Shown: positions 14,101-27,964, numbered from the stretch's first letter. The stretch: DNA of 64,000 bases from Haliotis rufescens (GCF_023055435.1 NW_025963913.1:12772001-12836000); one strand, 5' to 3'. Program-made: numbers and translations. The notes: generated by a model not told the origin, from the letters alone.

Positions 14101-15068
14101 ATGCTGTTTTGCAGAATGTCCCACATGTCCCGCCTCATCCTACATGTTATGCCACCTTTCAACCTACATGTTCTTCAGTCTCTTATCCTATGTGTGTAAT
14201 TTCATCCTACATGTTATTCCACCTTTCAACCTACATGTTCTTCAGTCTCTTATCCTATGTGTGTAATTTCATCCTACATGTTATTCCACCTTTCAACCTA
14301 CATGTTCTTCAGTCTCTTATCCTATGTGTGTAATTTCATCCTACATGTGTTATTTGTACTTTCTTCCTAAATCTGCAAGTGTTATTCCACCTTTCATCCT
14401 ACATATGTTATTTCATCCTACATGTGTGTTATTTCACCTCCTTTCATCCTACATGTGTTTTATTTCACTTTTCATCCTACATGTGTTTTATTTCACTTTT
14501 CATCTTACATGTGTGTTATACTTTCAAGGGTCTTGGAAGGAAGCGTGTCACAAACAGTACCTACAACTTCAAACCAGAGTTTATATCATGGATGCCTGAA
14601 CGAGAATATGTAGCTAGGATGCGGCCATTAACTTCAACATACAAGACAGACTTTATGCCGGAAAGACAAAGTCATCAGTTGATAGTTAAAAGACCTCAGA
14701 CCTCTTTTGATGGCGTTGCTACAACAACTTATAGATATGCCCATGGAAAAGAGTCACCAAATAGGGACTGCATAAATGCTATGAACAATCAAGCATTAAT
14801 GTTGTCAACACATTCAAAGCGTCTGAGGTCAAAGTCTGCTCGGCCACAAGTCCGAGAAACTGTAGCTTCATGTTTAAGTTGGTATGTGCCTCGCCCACCT
14901 AATAAACCTCAGGTTCCTATGGCAACTGAAGTGATGGATTGCAAAGAACCCAGGGCAGCAGAGGAGAGTACACAGGGGTTGTCTCCCCCTGAACAAACAT
15001 CCCCAGAGATGGCGCCTCAATCACTGCCTGCATCATCCCCGGTGCAAGACCCAGCCATGTCAGAATAA
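2132..15068 (+). CDS. C3orf84: HDNR-motif protein, C3orf84/CIMIP7-like; join(2132..2158,4203..4316,9933..10010,14529..15068), 252 aa
   Basis: Four exons, all GT-AG and phase 0, splice to MASEIAGSW-FPSGYYGHYRSKSRNDFVCEYRQLAKPQPPEKFYRRAK-QPIAKHVFSHHDNRHSFLNNALYFEE-GLGRKRV...TVASCLSW...; matches my recollection of human C3orf84 (GSW, GHYRS, AKPQPP, FSxHDNR, GxGR motifs). Confidence 0.8.
4203..4316 (+). CDS. C3orf84: C3orf84-like coding exon 2
   Basis: ttcttccag acceptor, 38 codons, donor gtaaca. Confidence 0.85.
6850..9617 (+). mobile_element. 5'-truncated, decayed non-LTR retrotransposon (CR1/L2-group LINE) with reverse transcriptase remnants
   Basis: Collinear ORF fragments: KATGPDDI, NYRPVAL, QSGF, DVSKAFDKVWH, GVPQGSVLGPFLFIIYIND, LADDT, C-terminal CSCG...HFFFVC; many stops and frameshifts; AATAAA near the 3' end; 5' boundary approximate. 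Confidence 0.9.
9933..10010 (+). CDS. C3orf84: C3orf84-like coding exon 3 (HDNR motif)
   Basis: cttttcag acceptor, QPIAKHVFSHHDNRHSFLNNALYFEE, donor gtaagg. Confidence 0.85.
10172..10208. repeat. (GTGTG)n/(GTGCG)n microsatellite
   Basis: Pentanucleotide run visible directly. Confidence 0.85.
14135..14520. repeat. degenerate tandem repeat (catcctacatgtgttattt... core, including 64-bp units) abutting the exon 4 acceptor
   Basis: Repeated catcctacatg / caacctacatg motifs; a related decayed patch lies at 12735-12850. Confidence 0.8.
14529..15068 (+). CDS. C3orf84: C3orf84-like terminal coding exon 4
   Basis: ctttcaag acceptor, 179 codons + TAA; the 5' part of ORF 14379..15068 is only intronic repeat. 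Confidence 0.85.
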   Translation, partial: GLGRKRVTNSTYNFKPEFISWMPEREYVARMRPLTSTYKTDFMPERQSHQLIVKRPQTSFDGVATTTYRYAHGKESPNRDCINAMNNQALMLSTHSKRLRSKSARPQVRETVASCLSWYVPRPPNKPQVPMATEVMDCKEPRAAEESTQGLSPPEQTSPEMAPQSLPASSPVQDPAMSE

Positions 15069-17167
15069 GGCTGCATCGATGATAGTTTGTCACTATCTTA
15101 AGAGCTTGTGGTCAGAGATCTTCAAATATTACATTGACCAATATCGTCATGTTGAAAAAAGGTCCCCAAATTTCTTTCTGGCACCTATTTGGGTGGAACA
15201 AAATCAGCTGATCATATCAAAGACGTAACAGACATGTAAAACCTAGGAAGTGGTTATCAAGCCTTGTTATGCTGAATCTTATGGCAGTAAAATGTGAGGA
15301 TATTCCTAGTGATAGCTGAGTGGTGATTAATGTTCCAGATACATGTAGCCTGGTATAACCTGGGTAAATACACGCATATTCTTGTTATTAGGCCAGATTA
15401 ATTTATTTAATATACAATGTTTCTCGGTCACTATGCCTAGATGCAGGAGTGAAGACAAAGATTACAGATTTTGCTTGGTCTTAATTGAGGTAAATTAGAA
15501 AAAAAAAGCTTAATGGAAAGTTATAATCCTAGGATTTGATGTTCTACTATAGTCAGCTGGTTGTTCTAGTTTCCTTGATAACACTGTCTATATATTTCGT
15601 CTTTACAACTTCAAAGATGTACAAGTCGTAAGAACAAAATTGATTTGGCCTTACTCTTATGTACTGGTATATATGGTGTAATCCTTGTATATATTGTAAA
15701 TGAATCCTTATGGTTGTAATGTTTACCCGGACTGCATGTTTTTAAGTCCATTGCACATTAGAGCTGTTAGAGGTTCAAATTAACAAGACACTCTGGACCC
15801 CTATTGTAGGTGATATTCTGGATGCACAGTGTGACATATTGAATGCATATGACACACATAATGGCAATATTGGTTTTGTCATTTCAATTTTGAAAGTGTT
15901 CTTGATGCATAATTTTTAAGTTGAAAAAGATAATCATGTCTTAGGTTCAAGTGTTGCTCTGTTATTCCATTTGTGAGTAGTTTCATTACACTAAAATGGA
16001 TAAAATGTTACAGACAAAATCCATGATTTAGCCCAGGGCTTAAACACGTGCAGTCCCGGTGCAATGAATGATTGTATAATTACATGATAAAGATAGTAGT
16101 CACATTTTATACTTTGTGACAGTGCCTGTGATAACTGTACATTTATGGCTATATACTACTTACCTGCTCTATAACAATATATTATGCATTGTATCATGTA
16201 CTACAGCATTGATTGCATGTTATCAAAAGATAAATCAAATATGAAGCTGTGAAAACTGCTCCTGCACTATCCCATGAAGCCTTAACATCTTTTACCTCAA
16301 ATGTTTTAATGAAATATTTGTTTCACCTTCAGCACCACAAGTCAGCATTATTGTACTTTTACATTAACATGATTAAGAAATGAGAGAGTTTGCTCAGCGA
16401 ACGAGTCACGCCCCACAAAGTATCTCTAGCTCCATCAGCAAGTCATGCGATAATTAACTAGGTGTGTACATGTTGGAGGTCAGGTAGTTATGGTGTTATT
16501 GTATTGTGTCACCTGTTCATTTTGATTTTTAGAAATACTGCTCGCTGGACAAAGACCATTTTCAAGTGAAGAAGTGGTTCAACTTCCTTAAACATGATAA
16601 ACTAGAGGTTTTATTTGTTCAAGGTCACATAACATTTTCTTTTTGTGCTGTGATTTCTTGATATGGCTGGACAATTTCTTTGAATGATTTCATATTCTTG
16701 AAGTAAAACATGCAAAAAACGTCCATTTAGAACAGGTCACAACACAGCTCATTCTGGAAAATGCTGTGGTCATGCTACAAGATAAAGTGTGAAAATGATT
16801 GTCAAAGCTGGAGGTAGTTTATGAGAATAAGTGTGGTGTATATTTACTGTCAGTAGTGTAGATGTCTTTTACATGTATGTTCTCTATCAAAGCACAACTG
16901 TGATGTTCCTTGTTCAGAGGAACACTTTACATAATCTGATTAATATTTAGTGTTTGATGGAAATACATACCTTAGATTATTATTAATAGTCAATAAGAAT
17001 CAATATCTTTAACGTGTTTAAAGAAATTATTAAAATATGCACTGATTTCTGATAGAAATCACATAACATGTTATATCTTAGGGTGAACAAGCCTTTGTAG
17101 TGTCTTATCTCTCACACCAAAGAAAACTCCATACAATGTACTTATACCATGTACTGCTTTACATCAT

Positions 17168-17641
17168 CAGTGTTCCCGTTTACCGGTAATTACCAGTTTT
17201 TTACTGGTAAAATTAGGTTTGGACCGGTAATTCAAGTGACTGCCAGTCCCTGTGGACCAGCAAATAAAGTACTTTTAAATCTTTGTTGTTGAACAAAACA
17301 TCGGTGATATTCATAAAAGTACATTTTTCGAACAAAGTCAGCTTGTCTATTAACCATCAGGGTTTAACCTTGTCTATTTCTAGGTTAAATATCCAGTTGT
17401 AGCGACTTCGTCTTGAAATATTAAAAAATAAAGAAAAAATTGTGACTGAAGTTTGTGTGAATGACATATAGATCTAACTAAGTTACTTCAGAGATGACAT
17501 CTTTGCACTGAACATGAAGTTGAAAGAATTAAAACCAAATAATTTTCATACGTTTTTTTATTTGTTGAAAGTTGGGACTGGTAATTTTTAGAGTTGCAAG
17601 TCCACAAGGACTGGCAGTTTCAAAAGCCAGCGGGAACACTG
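17168..17641. mobile_element. MITE (family B), copy 1
   Basis: TIR cagtgttcccg / cgggaacactg, atcat on both flanks; near-identical inverted copy at 40712..41186. Confidence 0.85.
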
Positions 17642-19280
17642 ATCATGTTCATCAAAGGCCTTTTAACATCAGATATTATTTTAACTTTTACAAAGATTTA
17701 TCTTGTGCCTCTGTCCTCATGTTTATCAACTTAGGCTACTCCAACAAACTGACATAAGATGATGTCATAGGTGGTATAACAAGCGTTTACAGTTATGCAC
17801 TTGTGGCGACCCTGTACTGGGCTGAAATGTCCATATAATAATGCAATGTTCTATTTTGTGTCTCATCAAACACATTGCATTAATTTTGCAATACTGTTTT
17901 TCAACAGCTAATACAGTTTCTCCGTTCGGGAACATAGCACCAATTAATGCTTAAGATTTTTTTCCACAAGAACTTTTGTTAAATCTAGTACTTAGAGCTA
18001 TTTAAGTGTTGAGCCATTATGCAGTGCACCCCAGCTGCTACAATGCAGGTGTAGGCAGTTGCTTCCTGGCTTAGTCAACTCACTGGAAGCAGCTGGGAGG
18101 ACTGCTATTTTTGACAAGGGAAAGTGACATTGAGATCACACAGTTATCATAATTTACTGAGATTGGTGTTCTTAAAAAACAAACTGAACTTATGTTGGTT
18201 GTTCTGATTTAGAGAACTTGTGTGAAGTAAAACACATGAAGTGTATTCAAAGTTCATGCATGTTTTCATGTTTTGTATTTGTCCTGGGGACATTATAAGT
18301 AGTAGCAGTATCACTTTGGGTATATGTGTTTTTTATGGGCCAGCATTAGGTTTTATGCCACGAGCCCCCTTGTTAAACTCATTCACTCAATTGTTCATTT
18401 TTCACATTCATCGAACAGAGTTATTCTCACCAGATCAATTTCATTCAGAAAATAATGTAACTATCTGGAGAATAGCGTCTTATATAATTAATTTGAGATA
18501 CAAAATGCAGTTGGTATGTCGCAAATGTTATGCCAGCTGTACAACTGCCTGTAGAATCCTACATTCCTGTGTACGGTGAGATATCTGGTCAATTGCATGT
18601 CACAGTGATGTCAGCAGTCCTGTTCAAGCTGCTGTAGGAAACATATTCAGTTCTTAAAATGTTGTTAATCTTGACTATCATAAACATGATAAAACATAGT
18701 ATTTTATAGTTAGTTTTATAATACAGCTGAGGGTATTTCTACAACATGCGTCTGTCTGTATGGATCAGTAAAGCCGCCTGATGACACTACCCATATCTTG
18801 TGTTTTATATTTGTACAGATGGTGCATTTTCTTGACTCAGCACATAAACTGTGAAGCACTGGTAGTAGGAGATCTGCCAAGATAAACAATAGATAACTAC
18901 CAACAAGCCAGACTGATACATAATGTATTTGCCTGTAGCTGTGCAGGTCAAATCAGGAGTTAACGCCCCTGAAACAAGTATGCTTGTGATTGTTGACAAT
19001 GTCTTCAGTTTATCAATTATGAAGAAACTTTTCATGGCACAGCCAAAGAACATGATGGACAAGAAAATGGTTAATATTTTATTCCTTCTCATCTGTATGT
19101 ACAATTCTATGTTAGTTTCATTTAGTGTATCAACAAAACTATCAGGTTGGAGGCATCAGCACTGGAGACAATCAGACTCCTCCAAACCTAGAGGCCTCCA
19201 ACACCAGCCACCAGAGTATTCAATACTTGATTAACACAGCACAGTTACATGTCACATTCACAGTCATTCATAAGCAGATA

Positions 19281-19335
19281 CTAAATCCTGTCCCTGTCTT
19301 TTGGGGTTCGAACTTTCCTGTACTTCTTCTGTGGC
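19281..19335 (-). CDS. MRPL42: MRPL42 exon 6 (terminal)
   Basis: tctttacag acceptor; QPQKKYRKVRTPKDRDRI-TAG. Confidence 0.9.
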
Positions 19336-22300
19336 CTGTAAAGATAAGGAGGCACCATACATGAACTGAACACAGCCACACTATCTCCATTTGATACACA
19401 ACTCCCCTACATCTGCCCAGTGACAACTGAGTTACACATAGATGCACAAGAACACTTTGGGGAAATCATCAAAGAAGCTCAGTTGATAGATACACTTTTA
19501 GAGATATACAAAATGGCACGATGACAATAATTCCTTGTGAGTCTCTTGCTGACGGTACAAGACCCATCCTGGGGTAGGTCATGTACCAGCCAAGCTGGAC
19601 ACTAAGATCTGTCAATATTCAGTAAAACATGAAACTACATCATTTTAATTGTTAAGAGATCAACACCAAGAGAGAATCAGTTCATTCCCATTTGGCTTAC
19701 AGTATGTCCCAACCAAATGGTGTGACTAGCAGGATATTTGACTTGGTGAAAGTGACACGTTTGTCGTGTTCCTTTCTCTGAATACATAGAATGCTTATAT
19801 TAAAAGTAGGAAAGCTCACTGTGGATACCACCGATGTTTGGATGTGAAGAATATGTTTGCTAGCTCTTTGTCTGTTGGCCCATCCTCTCGATGTTTCAGT
19901 TTCTCTGACATGAGATACTGCACCTTCAGCACTGACTCCCCCTGCACATGGGCAACAACTTTAACATAAACAGCTCAAGAACTTCAGACAGACAGACACA
20001 CCAGGATGTTAAAATGACTTGAAAAAGAAAAGCATTCAAATCGGTTAGATCAGGGGTACGTTATTGACCTTCCTTTCAACATTGAACTTCAGTTATCAAG
20101 TGACATTTTCTGTGATTCTAAAATGCTAAAAAAACCTGAACATTATACATATGTGATCATGCCAGGAATGAAATCTTACCTGTATGATTATCATGATAAC
20201 CTACCTCTGCTAATTCTTCAATTTTCCTTGGAATAGGCTGGAAAAGAAAGATTGAAATAGATAAATAAATAATTATGGTAACACTGAACCCAGGTGCACC
20301 CAAACTGTGTGCTGTATTAGTTTGTGTTAGCTCTACCAGAGATATGCGTCATTGTGTATCATCTTGTTATTGTATACTTGATGATGAAGTACGCCAGTAA
20401 AACACTGTGATTGACAGTTGTTACACAACAAGAAATATGGACAACTAGAAAGGTTTTGCATAACATGCAAAATCAGAGCAGGCCCATCCTGAACTTTTCT
20501 TGAATGCCCCCGAACAGAAACTTGTGTCTCAAACCACTTTAACTTTACCAAATAAGTTGACAGCTGACCTCACCAATATCTAATGATAGACAACCTCAAA
20601 ACAGAAAGTCTCATGCCTCTTGCCTACATAATAAAAAAGTTATATGTGCCCTTACAGTGTAATGACCTTGACCCTCAATTTCAGGTTATCACATGCTTGA
20701 ATATTTCTAGTGAAGAACATGGGTTTGGTTCTTATGCAAACAACTTTGAAAGATCCAACAATTACCCAAGTCTCAGGACTGTACAAATGCTACAGCACCT
20801 GCAAGGGCTAGGACTGGTAATTTGGGTAGTAAATTTGGACATCTCCCAGCCCTAGTAACTTGCAATAAATGATACAACCATGTTTCCCAATAACCTCAAA
20901 CGTGACCTTGACCCTTGACAGACATATCACCAATATTAGATGTAGAAGGAGTTGTAAAGATACATGAAAATACTACTCACTACTAACTGCAACTTCAACA
21001 TTTTTCATGAAACATGAAAAAGAGCAATATTTTCTCAGAAAATCCACTTATCAAAATCAAACTTTACACTGCACCTCCCCAAAGTTTAAGTAAAAAATGA
21101 AAATAAAGGGCTGTATTTGTTCAGTAAATCCAAATATTGAAATCAAACTTCACACTGTACCTCTCCTATAGGTATATGAAGTGTTCACCAAGTTTGAAAA
21201 TCCATTGGGTATTTTTCAAGTTATAGGTCATAAAAAACAAATGTCCTTGGAAGGACAGACAGAAAGACGGCTATGGACAGATGGAATTCCGTGGTTTAAC
21301 AATATACCCCCGCCCTTTTAGGTCCGGGGTATAATATTATAAACCAGTTTGAAAGATAATTCTACCATGACAGTGAAAAAGCCTTCATTCTGACAGGTCA
21401 AAATAAGATTAAGATCAGGTATCTAATTCCATTCAATACCTCAAAACTAACATGCCACTTCACACAAAAACCTTTCATTTCAAAACATTGACCTATTGAT
21501 AGCCTACACATTGATGCATACATTCAATATCATAACAACAGCTTATCAAACATTATGAAATTCATTTCATAACACAATGAGTAAAACACATGCTAACCAC
21601 CATGTAAGGGCCACATAATCATCGGTCACAAAAATTATTAGTGTCTTCGACTCTTTAATGTTGTACAATGCTGACTCATCTTGAGCTAAAAATGTCTTTA
21701 TGTTGCCATATATAAAGGAGTTTCCATTGTCCATTGCTTGGATCACCCATCAGCCAGCCTACATTTAAGGTTTGCTGCATGTGGTATTTGAATCACATGA
21801 TCCTGATGATATGTCTTTAGTATTTAACACTTGAGTCAGGACCCCCTTGACTGACATGCTTTATTTCAATCACTGCGTATGGATGACATCACGTTGTACA
21901 TGGAGCCACCACTTGAACCTTGTATATCAGCACCCTATTGTCCATAATGTCTAACCTTTGTGTGTTGGTACGGGAACTCCATGGCTGGGTGCCAGCACAG
22001 CAGAGTGCTGCCGTCTGGGGACATGCTCACTTTAGGCCTTCTACAAGACAAGTATGACTCAGCATCAGACAAGCAAATAACATGGAAAACACAGAATCTT
22101 GCAGCACACATCGTCTATGGTACTGAAGGTGACCATTGATCATGATGCCTTGAATCAAATTATACATACTCCTATTATCATACACAACTAGTTTCAGCTG
22201 TCTATATCCCCTGTGGTCCTAGAGAAACATTTTTTAAAAATTTGTTGGAGGTTTGAATGATTTGAACACAATATGTCATCATTAGGAGGATTATATGCTT

Positions 22301-25300
22301 TCCAAGCTTGTTCCTGGTAAAGTAACTTTGCATCTGTTTTGTCTTGTGTTCCCAGGTAGGTCTGATTGGAACATGGAGCACATCGCTTTCTTACACAGAT
22401 GGCATCCCACTACATATAGTTCACCAGCTTATATGGGAAGACAAGCTTCAGTTTTTAACTTTCTTTTTATTGACTATTACTTTCTGTTCTCAAACAAGTG
22501 GGAAAGGCAATCAACAGACAATGTACTGTTAAAAGCACTGAACTGCAATATGTACAACAATGTACAAAAAGAAACAATATTTGCTCAGTTTCAGTATTAT
22601 ACAGCGCTGCTATTATTCAGCTGTACTGTAACATGAGTGAGTGAGTGGGTTTTTACAGTATTCCAATTACGTCATGGCATGTGATCTTAATGTGGGAGGA
22701 TAGCCAGAAGTGATGCAGGTCTCAGACGTTTACCACTTCTGTGAAACCCACAAGCATGGGTATGGCGCTTACAAACCTAGAAACATAATTGGGGCGAACC
22801 AGGATTCGAACCCTAAATCATTGGTTACTGGCGTGCCCAAGGGACGCAACTCTGCACAGCAAATCGCGGCGCCTTAGTACTGCTACGTGAACAGACTGGT
22901 CAGTTTAATTTCAATTCCCTCTTTTTCTTTTGCAGATACCTCAAGGTTTCATAATATATTGTTTTCATTAATTTGATATGACATTAATTAACACCAATTT
23001 TTATATATACTCATGTATATATACAATGTAGTGCATGTCAATTTGTCTTGTACTACCATCAGTTGTCATACCCTTTTACAGTGTCACTAGTGATATACTT
23101 TATGTCTATTCATATCTGAATGTGTAATGCTTGCTATGTGTTGTACTGTCATGTGGTTGTTTTTATGGAAATACTTGGAAATTAACATGTAAAAAAACAT
23201 AATTACCACATATAGGACTGAACAAGGAACAGTGCAACAGTAACTGGCAATGATTAAATAGAATGATACAACCATATTCTAAATGACCCCAAAGATGACC
23301 TTGATCATAGACAGACATAGCACCAACATTAGATGTAGGATTTGTAAAGATACATGCTAATATAAAGTATCAACTTTAATTATACATGCATTAATACTCT
23401 TTGAGAGGGTGAAACCACAAACCTGCTCCATGTGGAAAAAGTCCCTACCTGGATATCTTCTAATCTATCCCATTAAAATCAGATCTCTAACTCTTATACC
23501 TCTCCGTATAAAGATCTAAGGCCACCTCCATAGGAGTTTGTGTCAGATGAGCTTACTAACTGCTGGTACTAGTCTGTACTGATGCCAGTTTATAGTGCCA
23601 GCTCACTGAGGTACCAGGGAGTTCAACGACCAACCTTGCTTCTCCAGAGAGACACTCTATCCACTGGCAAAGATGTAGTTAGTTACCCAACAGGGTGTAA
23701 AATCAAAGGAATACTAGTATATGTGTACTGTGTGGATGTTCTTTTGTTAAAACCAATTATTTTTTTAATTGAAGTGGTAAAGAAATAAAACCAAAATCCA
23801 TTTGGCAACTTGAATTTTTTTCCCAGGTATATTGCAGCAAAACATAAAATTTATGTGATCATAAACATGATGAATAGCTTTACAAGAAGTGACTCGTGAA
23901 CATGATAGAGATCTGCATCAAAATGGTACCAGCAGACCGTCTCCGCTGATCGAGATTGTGCATGGAGTCTTTCAGGACGAAACCCTTGTTACTTCAATGT
24001 CAAACAAGGGTTAACTACTACAGTCAGGCCTTTGGATTTAAAAACAAAATCTGTTATAAACACTACTGGCTTAATGACATCACATACAGTTGAAGAATGC
24101 ACATTTCTAATGAAAGCAACCTAAAAACAGAAAGTCCTATACCTCTAAAGACATTCAAATTGAAACCATAAACACTTCCAGTATATTGACATCACTTACA
24201 TTTTGGAAAAAAGACATTCCCAATGCAGTACAACTTTGAAACAGAAAGTCCTATGCACCAACCTATCTTAATGACAAAATTATAAACATTTCCAGTTTAA
24301 TAACATTACTTTCAGATGGGGAAATCTATGCCCAATGCAGCACAACCTAGAAACTAAAAGTCCCATGGCTGATGCCACCTAACAAAGTCATAAGTACTGT
24401 ACGTTTTATGACATCATGTCCAGGTTGGGAAAATACTTGCACAAACTTTCAACAGAAAGTCTAATGCCTCTTACCATCTGAATAAGAAGGTTAAATACGC
24501 TCTTCAGGTTTACCTTGAACCTTAATTGCATCCAATCACATTCTTGATTATAGCTAGTTGAAAAAATGGCTGCTTGCCCTTACAAACATTTGGTACACTC
24601 TCAAAGGGTAGGTTCAATACACAAGTAAGCAATATTACATTATCAGGAATGTCTGTTTTATGAAAGTCTCAAAACCTTACCAATATCCCATCCTAAGGAT
24701 GATATGTACCCACATATGACATTCTTTAGTGTAAGACCTTGAGAATGAATTTGACATCAACACATGACAATCATTTCCAAAATATTCCAAGGAGTTATCC
24801 ATCACATAAACCAGATATATCCCTTGGTGGAAATCAGCAAAACAATGTAAAAATAGCACATGATACTCACTGGAAGTAGCTCACAGAGACATGCCACTGA
24901 TATCATTCACTATAACATGTCATCACTTGTCAAACATAATTACATGTATTTAAATTATATACTCACCACCAAAAGAAACATGAAACAGAGAAAAGTATGT
25001 ACATTAATATGAGATGTTTCCAATGTGTACCAATTAATGACAAAACTAACAATCAGTCAAACATTACTACAGTGTGACTTTATTCTTATCACAATATGCT
25101 GCACATGAATTCCAAACTTTACACACTAATCCTGCATGAGACAAATGGTGCATCTCGAGTCGTAGATCTATGACGTCACACGTGGCGCATTCATGAGCAT
25201 CGGTTCACACAGCATACCAGGTTGTTCGTTAATGCATCAAACCAGCCTAATATCTCTTGTAAATGAGTCTTCATCTATTGACCAACATGTATGGTATTCG

Positions 25301-27964
25301 CGTTTCTTTTGGCGGTGAGTATATCACTAATGGTATACCTGCAGAAAAATGCATTTTAACGAAATGACAAACATGCTTTATGAATGACCTTCCCTGTGAA
25401 CTAGACCTCACACTTAAATCACTCATTTCACGATCTGGGCCCTACCCTGACACTTCCTGAGGAAGACATGTGACATATTTTATGGACCCGCAGCAAATTC
25501 TTCTGAGTGTTTAACCTTGAATGTGAATTTTACTTTCAATATCACTGAGAAGTATTCATGAACATTCCAAAAGTATACCCAGCATATACACCAAATACAA
25601 TGTTTTGTTCAATCTATGACCTTGAAAATGACCTTGACCCCTGACATGACATACAACTGTGCGAAAATGATCACCCTGGATTATAAAGGAGATATGCAAT
25701 ACATGATATTCACAATATTTTCAGATATCCCAAGGATTAGATATTTCAATTACAATCCAGAAAACAGACTTACCTGTCATCTTTGTTGTGAACACTGCCA
25801 GGTGGCGATGTGCTGGCAACCCTTCTATATGTCAATCCTGCTGGAAGGGCTAGAATGAGAAAGAAAATTCATAAGCCATGTATGTTTCACAATTATCATT
25901 TTCACAAATCCTTTGGACCTTTGTCAGTATGGCAAACCGAACATGAATTTCACAGCGAGAAAAGGCAAAATTTTCAACTTTCATCTGAACTCTCTGTCAT
26001 TGTAAGTTCTGATTTGCAATTCTATCATGGCTTTTAAAAATTATGAAAATACTGCAATTTACTGGGCTCATCTTTTCAAATTCCAAACAGCAGGCTTAGA
26101 TAAACGCCTGATTAGTGATCTTTTACCAAGTGATCAGAACCTGTTTTTCTTCAAATTACATTGCAATATTTGTCAAAAAGGAGAGATAGCTGACCCATAC
26201 TCTAACACATGCTGAAGCAGTGAAGGGTAATACAGATATATACCCCAGGTACTTTTTGGTATACAGAAATATACCCTAGCCAAAATCAGAAACCAGAACA
26301 GTAACCCTGGGATGAGTACATTTCACAGTGCACTAAAATTGTTCATTGCATTCATCTAAATGGCTCTGTTTCTTCATTTTCTGAATTTTAACTGTCATAC
26401 TCTTGTATGAGATGCCTGCCAGTTGCAGTATAAAAAGGAGCATACAGTATGAGATGCTGTACGGACTGTAATTGCGTGATGCACAACATGATCTCACAAT
26501 CAGCAAGGCAAACTGAACTACAACATGAACTGGTTTCTGTGTGAGGAATATGGACTCATCTGCCATTTTAGGTACCAAGTACCTTCCTGTATTCTGATTT
26601 TGATGAGGGTACATTTCTGCATAACAAAAAGTACCTGGGATAAATATCTGTAGTACATGTGCTGACAAGATCGCTTCAGAGCAACTCACAACTAGCTAGT
26701 GGTGTAACAATTTACAGTGATATAGTATTGTGTCGCGATACAAGGCCATGATATAATACATCAACTTATGACCACATACGATACACAGATGATTTCATTA
26801 CAAGTTATACTGGTGGAAAACCATGAATAATAACAGATACTGTTCAACCACCACCTTATGCAATTCTCTGTTATTTCATAGTTGGACATAAATAGCACAT
26901 TAACAGTGCCCTCTACCAACATGACTAACATGTTTCTGTCCTACAATAACCCATGTTTGATCACTGAAATTTAATAACAAATTATTCAGGGTTGTGATTC
27001 ACCTGCAAAAATAAAGAATATCAACTTGTGAAATAAAAGTACTGTATCAGGATATGAATCGTATCGCACCCATAGTTTTGGGATTTGTATCGTATAGCGA
27101 CCCCACCGTATCATTACACCTCTACAACTAGCCTAACCCAAAGGATTGAAAGGGATGCCTTATCCTAAGGATTGTCAAGGAGTGTTTGATGGGAAAGGGG
27201 TACCTAACCCTTATGATCGTAATAGAGGTGCCTGATTGGAAAGGGGATCCATTGGCTAAGGAAACACGTACAGAATAAGGGACCCTAACCTCTGTACCAG
27301 TGGCACTTTTCCGGATATTAATTAGCGCCGCATGGATTATCGACCTCACATTGACAGACTGAAAGCTAAGCTAATGATCAAATAAAAAGGTTCATCGGTT
27401 TTATGACATCATACGTTTTCGGAGGGCCATGTTTATCGTGATTACTTGCGCTTTTACTGGGGGTGTTGCATCACATTGACAATGTAAATATTCAGATGAT
27501 GATATGTTCAAGAGAAAGTTGTCTTTATATAGTGAATGAAATGTTTTACAGTTGTTCACAGATTAGAGAGAAAACAACGAATGTTTCTTCGCGTCCGAAA
27601 ACCCATAATATATAAACTGTATTGTTGCAGTAACCACAGGACCATGTAACTAATAATAGTAACAAACTGGCAGACGAGGCCTCTTCTACGATATTTTAGC
27701 GATTTTTTTTATTGATTGTTATTAATATTAGTTACATGGTCCTGTGCAGTAACCTACCCTACACCAAACATAACTATAGATCTAAACCTTAGGATCGAAA
27801 AAGCACTCGACATCTATTAGTGCTATAATCTGAAACCATTAAACTGCAGGGTTCTTGCCAGATTGGCCGATGGGCATTTATGTAAATTTTGACTGACTTT
27901 GTTTACCATTAGTGCATTTGCGAACAAACATCTGACAAAACACACTTCTCATGGGCGCCGCCAT
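19281..27964 (-). CDS. MRPL42: mitochondrial ribosomal protein mL42 (MRPL42); complement(join(19281..19335,19820..19941,20205..20237,21956..22040,25774..25849,27907..27964)), 142 aa
   Basis: Six GT-AG exons with consistent phases give MAAPMRSVFCQMFVRKCTNALPAGLTYRRVASTSPPGSVHNKDDRRPKVSMSPDGSTLLCWHPAMEFPYQHTKPIPRKIEELAEGESVLKVQYLMSEKLKHREDGPTDKELANIFFTSKHRWYPQPQKKYRKVRTPKDRDRI*; mL42 motifs DGxTxxCxHP, PYxHTKPIPR, FFTxKHRWYP, PKDR; basic targeting-like N-terminus. Confidence 0.93.
19820..19941 (-). CDS. MRPL42: MRPL42 exon 5
   Basis: GESVLK...FFTSKHRWYP, donor gtgagc. Confidence 0.93.
20205..20237 (-). CDS. MRPL42: MRPL42 exon 4
   Basis: cttttccag acceptor; PIPRKIEELAE; donor gtaggt. Confidence 0.88.
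21956..22040 (-). CDS. MRPL42: MRPL42 exon 3
   Basis: RPKVSMSPDGSTLLCWHPAMEFPYQHTK; donor gttaga. Confidence 0.92.
22635..22895 (-). mobile_element. decayed tRNA-derived SINE
   Basis: B-box GGTTCGAATCC on the minus strand (22802-22812) and an (ACTC)n tail at 22635; boundaries approximate. Confidence 0.6.
24960..25321. mobile_element. Tc1/mariner-type MITE
   Basis: 20-bp TIR tactcaccaccaaaagaaac / gtttcttttggcggtgagta (1 mismatch), TA on both flanks. Confidence 0.85.
25774..25849 (-). CDS. MRPL42: MRPL42 exon 2
   Basis: cattctag acceptor, open phase 1 to 2, donor gtaagt. Confidence 0.85.
26697..27124. mobile_element. hAT-type MITE
   Basis: TIR tagtggtgtaa / ttacacctcta, perfect 8-bp TSD caactagc, subterminal CGATA/TATCG motifs. 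Confidence 0.85.
27635..27746. mobile_element. 112-bp MITE with CA...TG ends
   Basis: Perfect 21-bp TIR cacaggaccatgtaactaata / tattagttacatggtcctgtg; cagtaac duplicated on both flanks. Confidence 0.85.
27907..27964 (-). CDS. MRPL42: MRPL42 exon 1
   Basis: aagATGGCGGCG start; MAAPMRSVFCQMFVRKCTN; donor gtaaac. Confidence 0.85.

Noticed and set aside
23555-23663. Possible extra minus-strand exon within MRPL42 intron 2
   Set aside because: Stop codon in the required phase; MRPL42 is complete without it
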